A stretch of 62,282 nucleotides of DNA, filler included, from Sluysia triapertura (taxonomy: Eukaryota), in the NCBI GenBank assembly GCA_046118255.1. It is 5 parts of 5 records of this genome, joined end to end, with 100 filler letters (N's around TTAATTAATTAA, not from the genome) between each part and the next. Parts side by side here need not be neighbours in the genome. Positions count along the whole stretch, not along the records: positions 13,388 to 26,785 come from JBJNIA010042355.1; positions 26,886 to 38,297 come from JBJNIA010185023.1; positions 38,398 to 50,757 come from JBJNIA010116529.1; 2 more parts are not named here. One strand, written 5' to 3'. The notes beneath the pieces were generated by a model. The model was not told the origin of the DNA. It was given only the letters and a program-made list of their open reading frames with translations, and did no database searches. Of the stretch, positions 24,488-47,985 are shown piece after piece (position 1 is the first letter of the stretch; each line of letters starts with the position of its first letter). The translations under genes and the position numbers were made by a program.

Positions 24488-26785
24488 TTAACAATTACTG
24501 AATATATAGCACATCATGTATTCATAAGTTTCATTAAAAAATTGAGTTAAATCAACATAAATCGAAACAAAATATATAATTACCTCTGTCTCATCTTGTA
24601 TCACTGGTTCGGATGGAACGTTAATACAACTATCATTGGTAGTATTAGCAGCACGAATACACAAATTTTGTATGTCTAGTCTGATTCCAAAGGTTGATAA
24701 GAGAGAATTCATTCTATCATAATGATAACCAAGAATATCTTTGAATTCATAAAATCATTGTCAATATCTACAATTCTTTCCATATCTGGAACATTCGCCA
24801 GTTTGTGTTGTTTTTTATAAACAATGTTTATCTTCATTAGCATCATTCTGTGTATTTATATGTAAAGGTTTGCTACCATTATAGAAAAACTTAAAACGGC
24901 CAGTTTTTGATATTTCACGCGACAAGTCAGTTCTTAATGTTATTACTTTATTTGCCATAACAACTGTATCAACATCTACCATATTTGTAATAACTAATTT
25001 GTGAGCCTTTGGAAATATATTAATAGCTACTTCTATAACTTGACCATCAACTGTTACAATTAATTTATCTATACTTTTATCTTTCTTTATCATTTTGTAT
25101 TTCAAAAAACAAATATGATTTAAACCTGATGATATGACTTTTTCTTGACTTTTACAAACTATGGTAAATTCTTTCGACTGAGGTGGATAAAATCTTAAAG
25201 TTAAACTTCTTGGACTAATATTTTGTGCTTGCACTAATCTAACATAGATTTCATTAATTTCACAATTCAAAAAGTTTAATTTTTGGTGAAACTCTAAAAC
25301 CATAATTATCAATGAAAGTACCGACCATTTTATATATTAGTGAATAATCTATCGTTGTTGTACAATTTTCAATAAATTTTTACAAAATAACAGTTATGAC
25401 ATATTATTTCTCCTTCTGTATTGGTTCGTGTTTTATAATTATTGTAGTTTGATCTGGATGGGCTTTTATCTCTGTCAAAGTTATTTTTTGTCTATCATTA
25501 CTTGGCCATCTGGGAAGTGGTCGTTGCTCATAATCTCTTAAACATTTCTTTGAATAGTTTCTCGCGAATCCACTTTTCTTTTTGTATTCTATAGTTTCCG
25601 TCTGAATTCTGATAGTCTCTTCTTGAATTATAACTGTTTGAACTTCTTTTATTCTCTTGAAATTTATTTGTTTCAAAAATATTATCCTCAAAATAGTCTC
25701 TAAAGTTATTTTTTAGGTGATTCACCCCTTAAATTATTAGTCGTAGCCTTATTATTTTCTATATAATTTATGTTGCCTCTCCCTTTTCGTGACTTTTCAG
25801 TCTCATTCTGGGATCTTTCAATATCCGTTAATTTCGTTACCACTTCTTTAAATGGTTGATTATCTATTAAACTTACAAATACCTGTAATTCGGGTCTTAA
25901 GCCATTTTTAAATTTATATATTAACATTGCCTCTTTCTTATAAGGTATCTTAGCTCTAACTACTAAACATTTTAACGCACATGCGAATTCATAGACTGTT
26001 TCGTCTTTTCTTTGTTTCCTAATATTTACCTATATCATCTAAAGCAATTTCTTCTGTGAATGCATTTAAAAAGGTAGTCCAATCTTGTTTTTCTCTTGTT
26101 CAAACTTTTTGTATGTCTGAATTGCGACTCCAGTTTTAAGTAATTCTGAATTCTCTTAATTTTATCTATTTCTGTAACGCTGTCATATTCTTCTTCATTT
26201 CCATTGAACTTACGCATTTCTGGGAGAATAACTGCGGGTCTCATGTTTAGAGAAATATGCCTTATACAATTTATTAAATATTCTACGGTGTCCTCCATAT
26301 TTTTCTTTGCTTTACTTTTAATATTTTGTAAAGAGTTAACTCTGCGTAATCCGCTTCTATTTTCCTTATCAATTTTCTTATAAAAAATTTATAAAAATCC
26401 AACAATAAAATTCCTAACAAAATTAGTCTTTTAACTTAACTATAAATAACTTTATTTTACTTAAAACTCATATCCTCGCTTATAATTGTCCCAATTCGGT
26501 GCCAAATAATTGTTATAGTTCTTCTCTTAAATTATAACAATTATATATTCAAACGAGTTCGTCTGTGGTCTAGGATTTAGAACGTATAGTAGATGTAGCT
26601 ACAGAAATTTGACTATAAACAATCCCCTTATTAATGTAAGAGTTTTCTCCTAAAATTATGCCTTCTATGTATGTGCAATTACATATTACTCTCAACTATC
26701 TTTCGGATATATATATGTTCGGTTTTACTACTACCTGAACAATTATGAAAAAATTTATGTTTATAGTTTGGGTTCGCCTACGTCA
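24488..26785 (-). mobile_element. Degenerate Ty3/gypsy LTR retrotransposon 5' part (LTR end, PBS, gag, protease region)
   Basis: Gag-like fragments (MRKFNGNEEEY..., YEFACALKCLVVRA, KFKNGLRPELQ) and a protease-like ORF 24815-25312. The putative LTR 3' end (...ACTATAACA) is at 26511, followed by the PBS. Confidence 0.7.
26488..26504 (-). promoter_or_regulatory. Primer binding site (tRNA-Lys-like)
   Basis: TGGCACCGAATTGGGAC resembles the tRNA-Lys PBS TGGCGCCCGAACAGGGAC and lies between the LTR-like CA end and gag. Confidence 0.6.
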
Positions 26786-26885
26786 NNNNNNNNNNNNNNN
26801 NNNNNNNNNNNNNNNNNNNNNNNNNNNNNTTAATTAATTAANNNNNNNNNNNNNNNNNNNNNNNNNNNNNNNNNNNNNNNNNNNN
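26786..26885. other. Scaffold gap with TTAATTAATTAA linker
   Basis: N run with linker. Confidence 0.98.
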
Positions 26886-27835
26886 TTAATAACGCTCTAC
26901 TTATCATATTATTCCAAGTTTTGACCCTTATATCAACCCTTATCCTTCACTAATCCCAACAACCCTATACCTCCCAAAGACGCAACAATAATAATAATAG
27001 TAAAAATAGTAAATAAAAATGTTTTTAATTTTATTTCAATATTCTGCCATTGAATTTTCCTTTTTAGAGCAATTGATTTTAGCATGGTCATCAAAAATTT
27101 CATGACACTTGTATATCTTGTATCAAAATTTTATGTTAAGGAGTTGGCCGCCAAAGTTATATCTGTTGAGAAACAAACGGAATAGTTGCAAGGGTTAAGT
27201 ACAAATCGATAAAGAATAAAATTAATTTGGTTACATAATAACATTTGATAGTTAATAAGATTTTAAGCAACGTAATACTATTTATTAAGGTTAATTTATG
27301 CTAATAAATCGGAAAAAAAGATTTGATTTTAATTTTGTAATCATAATACGTCACATAGATTTAAACCATATATCGTAGGTGGACCTTAATTAGTAGCTAC
27401 AATTTCCTAAGCATAAGAAAAACACTAGCAGATTATTGCGTAGATCATTATTTTATAGATTATTAAATACAGATTTGTTACATATTATCATACAAGCTAT
27501 TATATAAATTACATATTATTGTCATATTGTATTTTTAACACTATATCTATGAAGACTTTATAGGTATTTTGCATATACGTCAACATAAAGCAATTAGTTA
27601 CATAAGACTACCCGCATTATAAAAATCCTCAAATTTAAATTCTTATTTATATATGGATATTTTAATGCCAAAATTTCACGCATTATCTAGTTTATGACAA
27701 TCTTTTTTAATGCTTCGTCATAACTATATTACCACTTTGTCAAAAAATTTAAACACGATCATTTTCATCCTCCATTTCAGTTCTTCTGTTTAATTTTGTA
27801 TCAAAACCACTATTGCTAGACGCCATTAAAATTAA

Positions 27836-27899
27836 TTGCACGGAATTTGAACTCATGACCTCGTTTCTCACCCAATTGCTATGTCTGAGCTACCAACTC
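27836..27899 (-). pseudogene. tRNA-derived remnant (tRNA pseudogene or SINE head)
   Basis: Minus strand reads GGTAGCTCAG (A-box-like)...GAGGTCATGAGTTCAAATTCC (variable loop/T-arm, B-box-like). The acceptor and anticodon arms do not fold cleanly. Confidence 0.45.
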
Positions 27900-28232
27900 C
27901 TCAGCACTCGAATAATTTATTTCATTAGTTAATTGTAAAATTTTTTAATTGCTACTTTTGCCTATGTAATATTTTTTATAAGATGATTATTTTCTGAATA
28001 AAATCATTACTTAAAAATAATATATGTAAGGTCATTCATCCTGTCAATCGTTATTTTGGCATCTAATTTATGTACAAGACTTGAATCATTTAATATTCAT
28101 AATTACAATGTGATTGATCTTCGGCAATAAATAAAATATAAAGTAAACTATTAAATATTATTCACAAGAGGAAGGGAGCGGATAAGGAAGGGATTGTATT
28201 GATAAATACTACACAAAATACGAAATCAATGA

Positions 28233-37551
<9,319 letters not shown>

Positions 37552-38220
37552 TAAGCACTTCTATATAAATATCATGTAAAAAATAAAACTAAAAAAAATG
37601 GATTGAAATGTATATATAGTACATTGAACAAATACAAACTTATTATGAACTAAAAAATAAATTAAATATTAAACTAGAAATAAATTTTATTTAAACTATT
37701 ATGTTATAATAAGAACGTAAATTATATTAGTTTTTACCACAAATGATTTATAAAATTATGATTTAAAATATTTACTTTATTATTAAATTTAAAACAAAAC
37801 AATTTGTGCATTAAAAATTTTTTGTTGTGTTAGAATTGAAAAAAACCTTTATTTAAAATCTTTACTTGAAACACAATGTCCTTTTTTAAATTATTAATAA
37901 AATAGTCAAGATGCCACTTAAGATGCTTAAAATATGAATCAAACGACTTAAGGTCTATTTATTTTTTTAAATAAATAATAATTTAAATTTGACTCAATAT
38001 AGTTGATTACTTTGAAAAATATAAATATTAATTTGTATTTCGAGATCCCCAGAATCAGAGAGAAACAAATTAAAACTTTACTACGTCTAACAATAAACTC
38101 AATTAAAATTCAAATAAATTCAATTAAAAATTATTAAAATCCGTTTCAATTTTTTCCCATTAAACAAATATCCATTGAGAATAATAAGTATTATTGTATC
38201 CATTAATTCGAATTTTTTCA

Positions 38221-38238
38221 ATTATAATTATTATTATA

Positions 38239-38297
<59 letters not shown>
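38221..38297. repeat. (ATT)n microsatellite abutting gap
   Basis: Near-pure ATT run. Confidence 0.95.
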
Positions 38298-38397
38298 NNN
38301 NNNNNNNNNNNNNNNNNNNNNNNNNNNNNNNNNNNNNNNNNTTAATTAATTAANNNNNNNNNNNNNNNNNNNNNNNNNNNNNNNNNNNNNNNNNNNN
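38298..38397. other. Scaffold gap with TTAATTAATTAA linker
   Basis: N run with linker. Confidence 0.98.
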
Positions 38398-38455
38398 TAA
38401 TAATATCATTAAAATAATAATATCATTAAAATAATAATATCATTAAAATAATAAT
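38398..38455. repeat. 17-bp tandem repeat (taataatatcattaaaa) x3
   Basis: Three direct copies. Confidence 0.85.
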
Positions 38456-40541
38456 TAATAAATACTAAATGTATTGACCTAATTTATGCTAAAGAGATCG
38501 TTATTCTTTTATTTTGGTATTATTTTTTATAGTTATTAATTCCCAGAGTAATAAAAATAAACTTTTATTACTAATATGTTCATACTTGTTTTTACTAATG
38601 GTTCAATTAATTTAAGTTTCACGATCGATTAACATTAGATTTTTAAAATTGGTAGACCCTCTAAAACATTTAACGTGATCAGAAATCTGCGTATAAAATT
38701 ATAATTATAATATCCTGTAGGGATGCTCACCAGTAAGGTCATAAGCCACAAACTGCAGACTAACCCATTTAAATCAATTTTGCGGATTAGTATGTTAAAA
38801 TATAAAACATCCAGAAAAGGAAATATTATTTATAAAATAAAGATAATTATAAAATTGATTTTAAAATTAAAGATAATATTTCGAAAGAAATTGATAGTAA
38901 AATAAGTATAGTGAATCTACAGTACTAGAAATAAATAAATATTATTTTTAAAATAATTGATTTAATTTTTCTTAAAAATAGAACTAAGTAATTTTTCATA
39001 TAAATTTCAGAAGAATGAAAGTTTAATATAATTTTTATATTTGTACTTTAAATTTTAATTTAAAGCTTATTTCAGAAATGCTTTGTTCAAAATTTGAAAG
39101 TTAAATTTTATTTGTTTAAAATAGTTAAATATTATATTTAATAATAATGTGAGTATAATAGTGATTATGTAAACCAAGTGAATACTGGAAAAATAATGAA
39201 GGATTGAATAATTGTAAATGAAAAATGTGAGGATGATGAGTGTTGAATTTTTGATGAAGCAATTCAAATATGTAAACCTAAATGAATTTCTCAAAAATAA
39301 TTAAACGAATGCCGCTAAATTACATGTTAGAAATGTTAAAATGTAGAAATTCCTAATAAACGGATGGTTGCTATTGAATGTCACTGATTAAACAGTAGTA
39401 CACACTAAAATTTATAATGCACATTTAATAGAATGCTGAATAATATGATGTTTATGATGAATGAATTTAGTTTTATAAGTAATATGAATGCTTATCTTAA
39501 CAAGTAGTAAATAGTATGTGTTGAATAATAAATAAATTGAAAATGTATCTAAAATAAATGTATACTAAAATTTTATCAGGGAAAATACTTAATTATTAAT
39601 AGTATAAATTCATAATGCATATTTTGTTAACTCTAGGCAGCCAGATTGTTTTTCGGGTGAACCACTTTATAGATTAAGCAGCACCTGGCATGTGATACAC
39701 CAATTTGTTCATCTCTTCGAGCAGAACATGCACAAAGCCGTGCAAAACACACAATTCAGTCAAGGACGACACAAACGTTAAAAAAACACAAAAACAAAAT
39801 TATTTTTCACCATTTTAACTTTAACAAATATATAAATGAGCTGTTAGCCTCATTCGTCAAATATACCCAAAAGTTTAATCAATATTCATTTACTTGTTTT
39901 CTGAATAAAATTATATTTTGGTTATGTTTATAAAATATATGTATTCATCATGATTTTACAGTAAAATTAAATATATTCAATATGTTTAAAAAGTTCAAAT
40001 AAATCAGAACTCAGAGGTTAAAGAATTTGATATTAAAGATAAAAATTAAATAAAAGATTATCGGATATTTACATCAAAAATATAGAGGAGAATTGAATAT
40101 TAAGAATAAGTCTTAAATAAAATCATAAAAGAGAACTTAACAATCAACTAAGAATCGTATATTTGAGTTGGATTTAAATCACATTAAGATTTCAGAGTTA
40201 AACAATTATAAAGAATAAATTTTGAGTAATTCGAGCTAAAAGACTTAGAATATTTAAAGTATCAACGAGAACGAATCAACCTAAAAGCCATAAATTCTAC
40301 AATAACAATGATAATAAATGCAATAATAATATATTAATTTACTTCGCGCTAATATTTATTGTAAAATAAATACTCAAAAGTGCTTAAAATAAGTCATTCA
40401 TTTAATATTTATTGAATAGAAAAAAACTTTGTCTTCTTTAATATTTTTTAATCGTACCAGTAAAAGCAGGAACTGAATTCAAAATAACGATGATAATCTA
40501 TAAATTCATGAATATCTATTGGAAATAATAATAAATGCTGA

Positions 40542-40542
<1 letters not shown>

Positions 40543-40585
<43 letters not shown>

Positions 40586-40605
40586 GAAGAAGAAGAAGAA
40601 GAAGA
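40543..40605. repeat. Compound (AAT)n(AAG)n microsatellite
   Basis: An AAT run switching to AAG. Confidence 0.95.
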
Positions 40606-43600
40606 TAAATGTAGGTTATATGACGTTTGAATTTGGATTTGGTGTTAAATAAATTGAAAAGGATATTTTAACTCTTGATTTATATGATGTCTTGTATTTG
40701 CTCGTTTATGGGACTTAGAATACTTACATGGGGTTTTATTTTAAGTATTCATGGTATGTTAACAAGAAAAGTGAGCCGCATATCATTACAACATTAATTA
40801 TGGTCTACTATCACTTAATCTGACAACAATATTATTTTTATTACATTTTACATACCTAGGATAATTCGATGGTTACACGGTTATGCCTGCGAAGGTTCGT
40901 ACTCGGAATATATACAAAATCTTATAGTAATGACGATTTTGCAATTTAAGAATGGCACTGCCATCGCAATAAATATCCTTTTCCTTATATAGCATTCATC
41001 GTGATCACACAAACCTATTTATAGAAAAAAATGAATTGTTGTAAAATCATTGTGAGAAACAATTATGAATTTCATTGCGCTTACAGCGTAATTTATAATT
41101 TATCGCACTGGGTGACCTTATAAGATCAATTAAATGAATTAATGAGTACGAATATACTCTTGTTTTTACACAGAAATCTAGGCTATTAAGCCTAATTGAA
41201 ATTATGATTGATAATATTGTTATTATTTTATTATTAATTTTAAAATTACTTTATTATTAATTTATTATCGTTAATATAATTTTTATTTGCCAACATCACA
41301 ATAAAAAAATTTATTTCATTTCCAATTTAATTAAACGATTATTTTTATTTGCATTTAATTACCGAATACATCATAAATCAAAATAGTTGTCGGTTCTTCT
41401 AATCCCTTAGAATATTTAATTGTGTTAATTGTTTTTGATCGATATCAAAATCGATCGATCGAAATACCAATGTAAAGAAAGGATATTCTGCTTTGAAATC
41501 AGCCATTCCTGTTATATTTTTTATATTTTTATTAAGATATCATACGTTTTTAATAATTGGTTGTGTATGATTAATGACTATGTGCATATTATCAAAATTC
41601 ACTGTATAAGTTTGTTGTTTGACATATATTAATTGATTGCACTATGCAAAATTTTATGCATCATTTTGGTAATCGTGAATCAACAAAAATGTGATATTTA
41701 CGAAATCCAATTTGTGATTTTGATATACTATACATTACAAGTTTAGTTTGACGAATATTATAAATTGAATTGATCTGTGCTCCATTAAAAGTGATGATTT
41801 ACTTTTTCGTAACATTTACACCTTGAATCAAATATGTTGGTTAATTAAAAAATCTAACAATAAAGAACCGTACATTGCAAACTTTTTTGATTTTTCAATC
41901 CATTGTACTTTGTCTTTTATATGAATCTTATCCAATGGCACTTAATGTTATATCTTCAGTATCATAACGATAACTTAATATTTTTTATAAGATTGACTTT
42001 TTTGCATAACAATTTTCACTTTCAACTTGAGTACTATGAAATGATAAAATCACATTTTTCAATAAAGAATGAAACATGCAATTAATTACTTTAATATCTT
42101 TTTTATCAAGTCAATATTTACTATATGATTTAGTCACTTTCCTTTAAAAAATAATAATTCACACTAAAATTAAAGTAATCGGTTTCTGATGCCTACATTT
42201 CAAATTCAAATTATGATGTATTTATTATATTGAGATGAAATATCTCTTCAAAGTCTGTTTTGCACAACCAGAGGAAAAGAATGATAAATAAACACATAAT
42301 TGCACAACTCATTAAATATTGTTCCACTTGTTTTTCGTTTGATTATAGTTTTCACCTTTTTATTTATTACACCGCTTACAGTAATTTCATAACTGCTTAG
42401 CCTTTTCCACTGGCTATGTTTCTTTTGCTTCATTTATAGCATTTGCTTTTATAAATTCAACTAATGATCTTTCATAACTGGTTACCATTGTCCGTATAGA
42501 CTTATGAATATTATTTTTTAACTGTATCACGATTTAATACGTACTTAATAAATATTAAGCTAACTTATAATTATTTCATTAAATTTTTATTACTTATTAA
42601 TTTCATTAAATATTAAAACATTATAATTTTAATATTTATATTAAACAAACCACTAATTTTAATAATTGATTTGCCTCAATTAAAAACAAGTGCAACTGCA
42701 ACTGCTCTATAAAAACAATATGATTGAATTATCCAATCAATTTTAAATAATATTACCACATTACAATCAGTTTTCTAGTTGCTGTAATTTCAAATTAACT
42801 TCGACAGTATCCAAGTAACATTTGCTATTTTTTTAAAATACGGATTATAGCATTTGGATTTGATATTATCATATTTTACTTTTTCAGTTACATTATTAAA
42901 AACAAAGAAAAAAATAATTTTACAAATAATTGGTTCATGATTTTATCTCTAATGTATTATAATACATATATGTATTTCGCTTTTTATTTATAAATTAAAA
43001 GCAAAAAATAAAAAATTAAATAATAAACAAATAAGGCAAAAATTAATTTAATTTTTCAGAATAATAATTGTTTCATTTGAATCACAATTAATATTTATAT
43101 CAGCTGTTAATTTATCTGACAAGCATCAGTAATTTATTATCGAAATAAATAAGAACTGTTAAATTAAATGGTTACCTATTCTATTTAGAAATAGTTTGAT
43201 AATTGTTAGAGTTATATTTGTTCGTAAAACAATTGTTACATTACACTTAACAAATGTTACATTTAATTAGCCTTTGAAACGCTTTTGGAACCGCAAAATG
43301 AAAAAATATAGGTTTTTGTAGTTCAGTATTAGTTTTATAAATACTCTCATCGTCCATAAACTCATCTTCCCTAGTCACGAATCTTTGAAAAATATTTTTT
43401 TATTTTGGATTTTCGTCACGTTTCAAGTAATATTTAATAAATAGTTATATTTTGTTGGATCTTTTAAATAAATTAATGGAAAACTCAGTAAATCAAAATA
43501 AAATTCAACCTTATTATATTTTGTTTAATGCAAATAATATAATTTAACAATTGTGACAAATGAATCTTGCTAATACCGATTATTACTAATAAAAGTCAAA

Positions 43601-45460
43601 TATTCAAAACAAATAAGTGCAAGTAGGAGTTGTTAAAAATGCACATCAAACGTTAATTAATTAACAATCAAATGTTGCATGGTACCAATAACTAAAATTA
43701 AAATTAGATGTTAGATATTAAATAATAACAATTTAAAGGGAAATTTCTCCTAAATATTTAAAATATAATTTCAACCTAAAGTAAAAACAAAAATAATGAA
43801 TATTCCAAATTTAATTTCACTCTAAAATAAAAATTAAAGGAGAATCTCTCAAAAAATATTTAAAACTTGAAATTAGTAAAATAAATAAATAAAAATAACA
43901 TTAAAAACATTACCAACAAATGGATTATCAGTCATTGATTAACATCGTAAATTTTACATCTTCTTTTTATACTTTTTCTTTACCCAATCACTATTGAGTT
44001 CTACATCAAAAATTTTACACATCTTTTGAAATTCGTTTCGACTGTGACAACTTTAACAATTACGAATATACGTACATAATACAAAAAATCGATTAATGTT
44101 CATCCATTATTTTCCTCTACTCTACTCGGCTTAAACTTATTCAAATCAAGCATCGTTACATCGGTTTCGTATTTAGTTTTTTCTTATGTACAAACAAAGA
44201 TTTGTAAAAATATTTAAACATTTTTTCGAATGTTCTTTCGTATAATGAATAATTTAATAAAAAATCAAAAAATAATTAAAAATTGCTGACCTTACCAAAA
44301 GAAAAAGTAGTAAAATTAGTAAATATTAAATATTTAAATATTTAAATAAATAAATATTTAAATATTTAAATAAATATTTCCTATAAATAGAATTAATTAA
44401 AATTTTTTAACAAATCCATTTATTTATTAATTTAATTTAAATTTTTAATTTATTTTCTTACAATCATTTAATTAAATAATTTAGTTTTTTAGTTATTAAT
44501 TACAACTTATATGATTTTGTTACTTTAAACTAATATAAAAATAATTTTATGCCATTATTTTTTGACAAAAAGTAATAAAACTAATGCATGAAAATTATTA
44601 TTAAAATTTGAATTTATTTTTCAATATTTTGTACATATTTTTAATTTAAATTTATTTAAATTAAAATAAAATTAATGTTTTATATTATAATTAAACATTT
44701 TATAAGACTTATTTAAGTATTAAAATTAATTTTTATAAATTGAATCTCATTTTTATTCTTATTCATATAATTGTAATGTTACTTACATTATACATATCCA
44801 TTTATGCGGTATATTTTAAGAATTTTTTGTTTTAACTAATTCTTTTATTTCTTTTATTTATTTAATTTAGGAAACATCTTTTAAACCCATTTTTTAAACC
44901 CCTTTATTGATATATAAATTCTTCATATTTTCTTAATAATTGTTATTTGAATATACAGCTTTACATTTCTATTGGTACCATATTATTATGAAATTGAAAA
45001 CTTTGTCATTAGTTGTTAATATATTTTTGGTTCCTTTTTTAATATTTTTAATAAAGCATTTCTTTTTCTGTCCTGCTGTAGAAACGATTTTTTGTAAATG
45101 TTTGTGATACTGGTAGGAGTGAGAACAAAAAAGGGTCCAAAGACGAAGGGAAATAATGTTTATAAGATGTTAAATATTCAGGAATATTGTCCGACATTCG
45201 AATAGTTTGAAATTAAACCTAGTAAATTTTCATGAACATGGAATAATCTTGTTTATGTAGCTTGAAATCTCACAGGAATACTAACACTGACGATGTATTT
45301 GGACTTATACTTTGGTATCTGTGGTTTAAGTTACAATAATCATTAGTAACCTGATAAATAATTTTACTTATGATTAATTGAAAACTATATGAGAACATAA
45401 TTTTAAATGCTTCTTCGTAATGCTAGGTTTTTCTTTAGCTTGCCAATAAATATAATTGTA

Positions 45461-46100
45461 GTGAGTCCACTAACGCACTAGTCTTAGCGGTTAGGGCTAG
45501 CCGATGGATTTTTTAAAATCTTAATACTTATGGAGGTTAATTTGTTTCTATTTTCTTAACTAAAACTTTTCTAATGATTTTATGATTGAAATTAAGTCAT
45601 TAGTTTTATAAATGATTTAGATTTAATTAAAGAACATTTCAACATGGTTCTTAAAAATGAACAGCAAAAATTGAATCAATATTTTAATCAGGTTCTAAAA
45701 TGAACCTGAAGGCAAATTTAAATTTAGTTGTTAATAAATAATAATACACTAAATTAATATGAAATTATATTATCAAATAATACAATAGAGATACAACAAT
45801 AAAATTAATACTAATTTATAGAGATTATTAAAATAATCTTAGGGTATGACTATATTTGAAACATTATTTTAATCATCTACTTTATTAAATAGTAGCTACA
45901 TATTAGTTTAAAAGATTTTAAGTGGAATTTTAATATAAGCAATGTTAAAAATTGCAAAGTATCCTAAACAATTAAACTAACGATTCGACAAAAGATAATT
46001 GATGGATAATGAGTTTTTTTTCTGGTTTCAGAAGAACTGTTTTTAAACAATGATTAGTTTTGAAAACGTTGATGACAAAATATAAGAAAATCGTTATGAA
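45461..46100 (+). mobile_element. Decayed interspersed element with a conserved palindromic core, copy 1 (probably a gypsy gag/pol junction)
   Basis: gtgagtccactaacgcactagtcttagcggttagggctagcc matches 52701-52742; weaker homology continues downstream. Confidence 0.45.
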
Positions 46101-47372
46101 AAGATTTTTAAATATTTTTTAACATGTTTTCTCTTAAATACTAGAAATGTAACCTTAAAGGTGAATAGCGATTTTAAATAAAATAAAGGTAAAAATGTGA
46201 TTTTAAACAAAATAAATTTTTTATATAATCCCAAAAAATCAATCTATTTTATTATATTATTATTTATAAAAATGATTTTAAAAATAATTTACCTACTTTA
46301 AAACGTTAACTTAACTTCCGTAGTTTAATTTTCGTAGATGAATCAATTAAATCAATATTATCGTTATTTACAAATGAATATTTCGCATACTAACATACTG
46401 TTATTTTTCATATTTGCACATATAACCAATTTTAATTCATTAATTAGTGATCTTAACCTTAGTTGTACAATAATCTTACTTTATCTTTTACTTGAAAAGG
46501 AAAGTAATAAAGACAAATATGGTTCCTGTTGCACAAATTAGGTACACTAAAAGTTTACTGGATTCCTGAGTGTACAAATAGGCTAGACAATGTTCATTGA
46601 TAAAATGTTGAACAGTTAAGGAGCTCCATGCGCAGTTATATTTACATATAAATGTTTCATTACTGATAAAATGTGTAAAAGATTGTAGGATAAATCCGGA
46701 GTAACGAGATTCTGGAAAACGGAAAATTTGCCGCACATTTTTTGCTTTAAAATTAAGGTTGTTTCGTCCTGTCCTGTAACATGATATGATAAAAGCAGCA
46801 CGATCATCATCGGCATTTTGATTATTTTAATTACAATGTTTTTAGACAGTTACAAAAGTTACGTTGCATTAGCTTAAGGTCGTGGTAACTAAATCCCAAC
46901 AAATTTTAAATTCAAATAAAATTTCATCCAAATAATAATTGAAACAAATCCATATTAAGGTGTTTAAAATAAATTATTACACCAACATAGTAGGTGCATT
47001 CAACCCCAAAAATATATAATATTGATATTAACGAATCGCATAAAACCTGTAACTTTACTAAGATAGTTTTTTCATATACATCAATGACATCGTTTTGCAC
47101 ATCTTTTAATGTTAATTCTTTATCATTGATAATATAAATAGACTGTCACTATTTGTAACATATTTCATTATTACAATAACTTGGCTTCGCCCATAAAACA
47201 TCTGCATATATCCAAATGTTATCGCCATATTGAACATGTAATCATTTCCATGTACAATGGCTCTTCGCTTAATAGGCTCATCATTATAAATAAATGTTTA
47301 AAATCGATATTTTTAGTTTTTAATTATTAAATTATTTTATTTTATAATTTCAAGTAATGAATTTATATAAGA

Positions 47373-47985
47373 CAGGCGTGCGCAAACTTTTTAAGTTGTG
47401 CCCCATTTCAACATATTTATTTTTGGCGTCTCCAACTTAATAAAAAAAACATAAGCCACTGTAAAAAACTTCAGAAATAAAATAATCACCTTTTTAATAA
47501 GAAAATGTATTTTTATATTTCTTATAAATTAAATATTATTAAAACAACAGTTCTAATACTCAGGAAAAATAAAGAAAAATTAACAAAATTAAATTTTAAT
47601 TCTTTATCTCAAAAGTGCAATATTATGTTTGTTAATATTTCAATTCTTTGAAATATTAATATTTTTTCAACACGTTGCTATTGTTTAATAGCTGTTATTT
47701 CGCGATTGTGATTAATTAACAGCTAAAAAATAGCAGAAAACCAAATAGCATAACACCTCTAATGCACATGTATAATTTTTAAGCATATTCTTGATGATTG
47801 TTCTACATCAAGAACGTAAATTATGGAATTAGATATGGAATTACTTGAATAGGTAAAAAACAAAAAATATTCAAAGAAAAAACAAAACTTTGTTTGTAAA
47901 ATCTAACAATTTTAAAATTTTTAGCGCCCCCAAATTATTATCACGTGCCCCATCCGGGGCTCGCCTCCTACTTTGCGCACCTTTG
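47373..47985 (+). mobile_element. hAT-type non-autonomous element, copy 2
   Basis: Collinear with 32638-33263, same termini; degenerate TSD atataaga/atatatgt. Confidence 0.88.
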
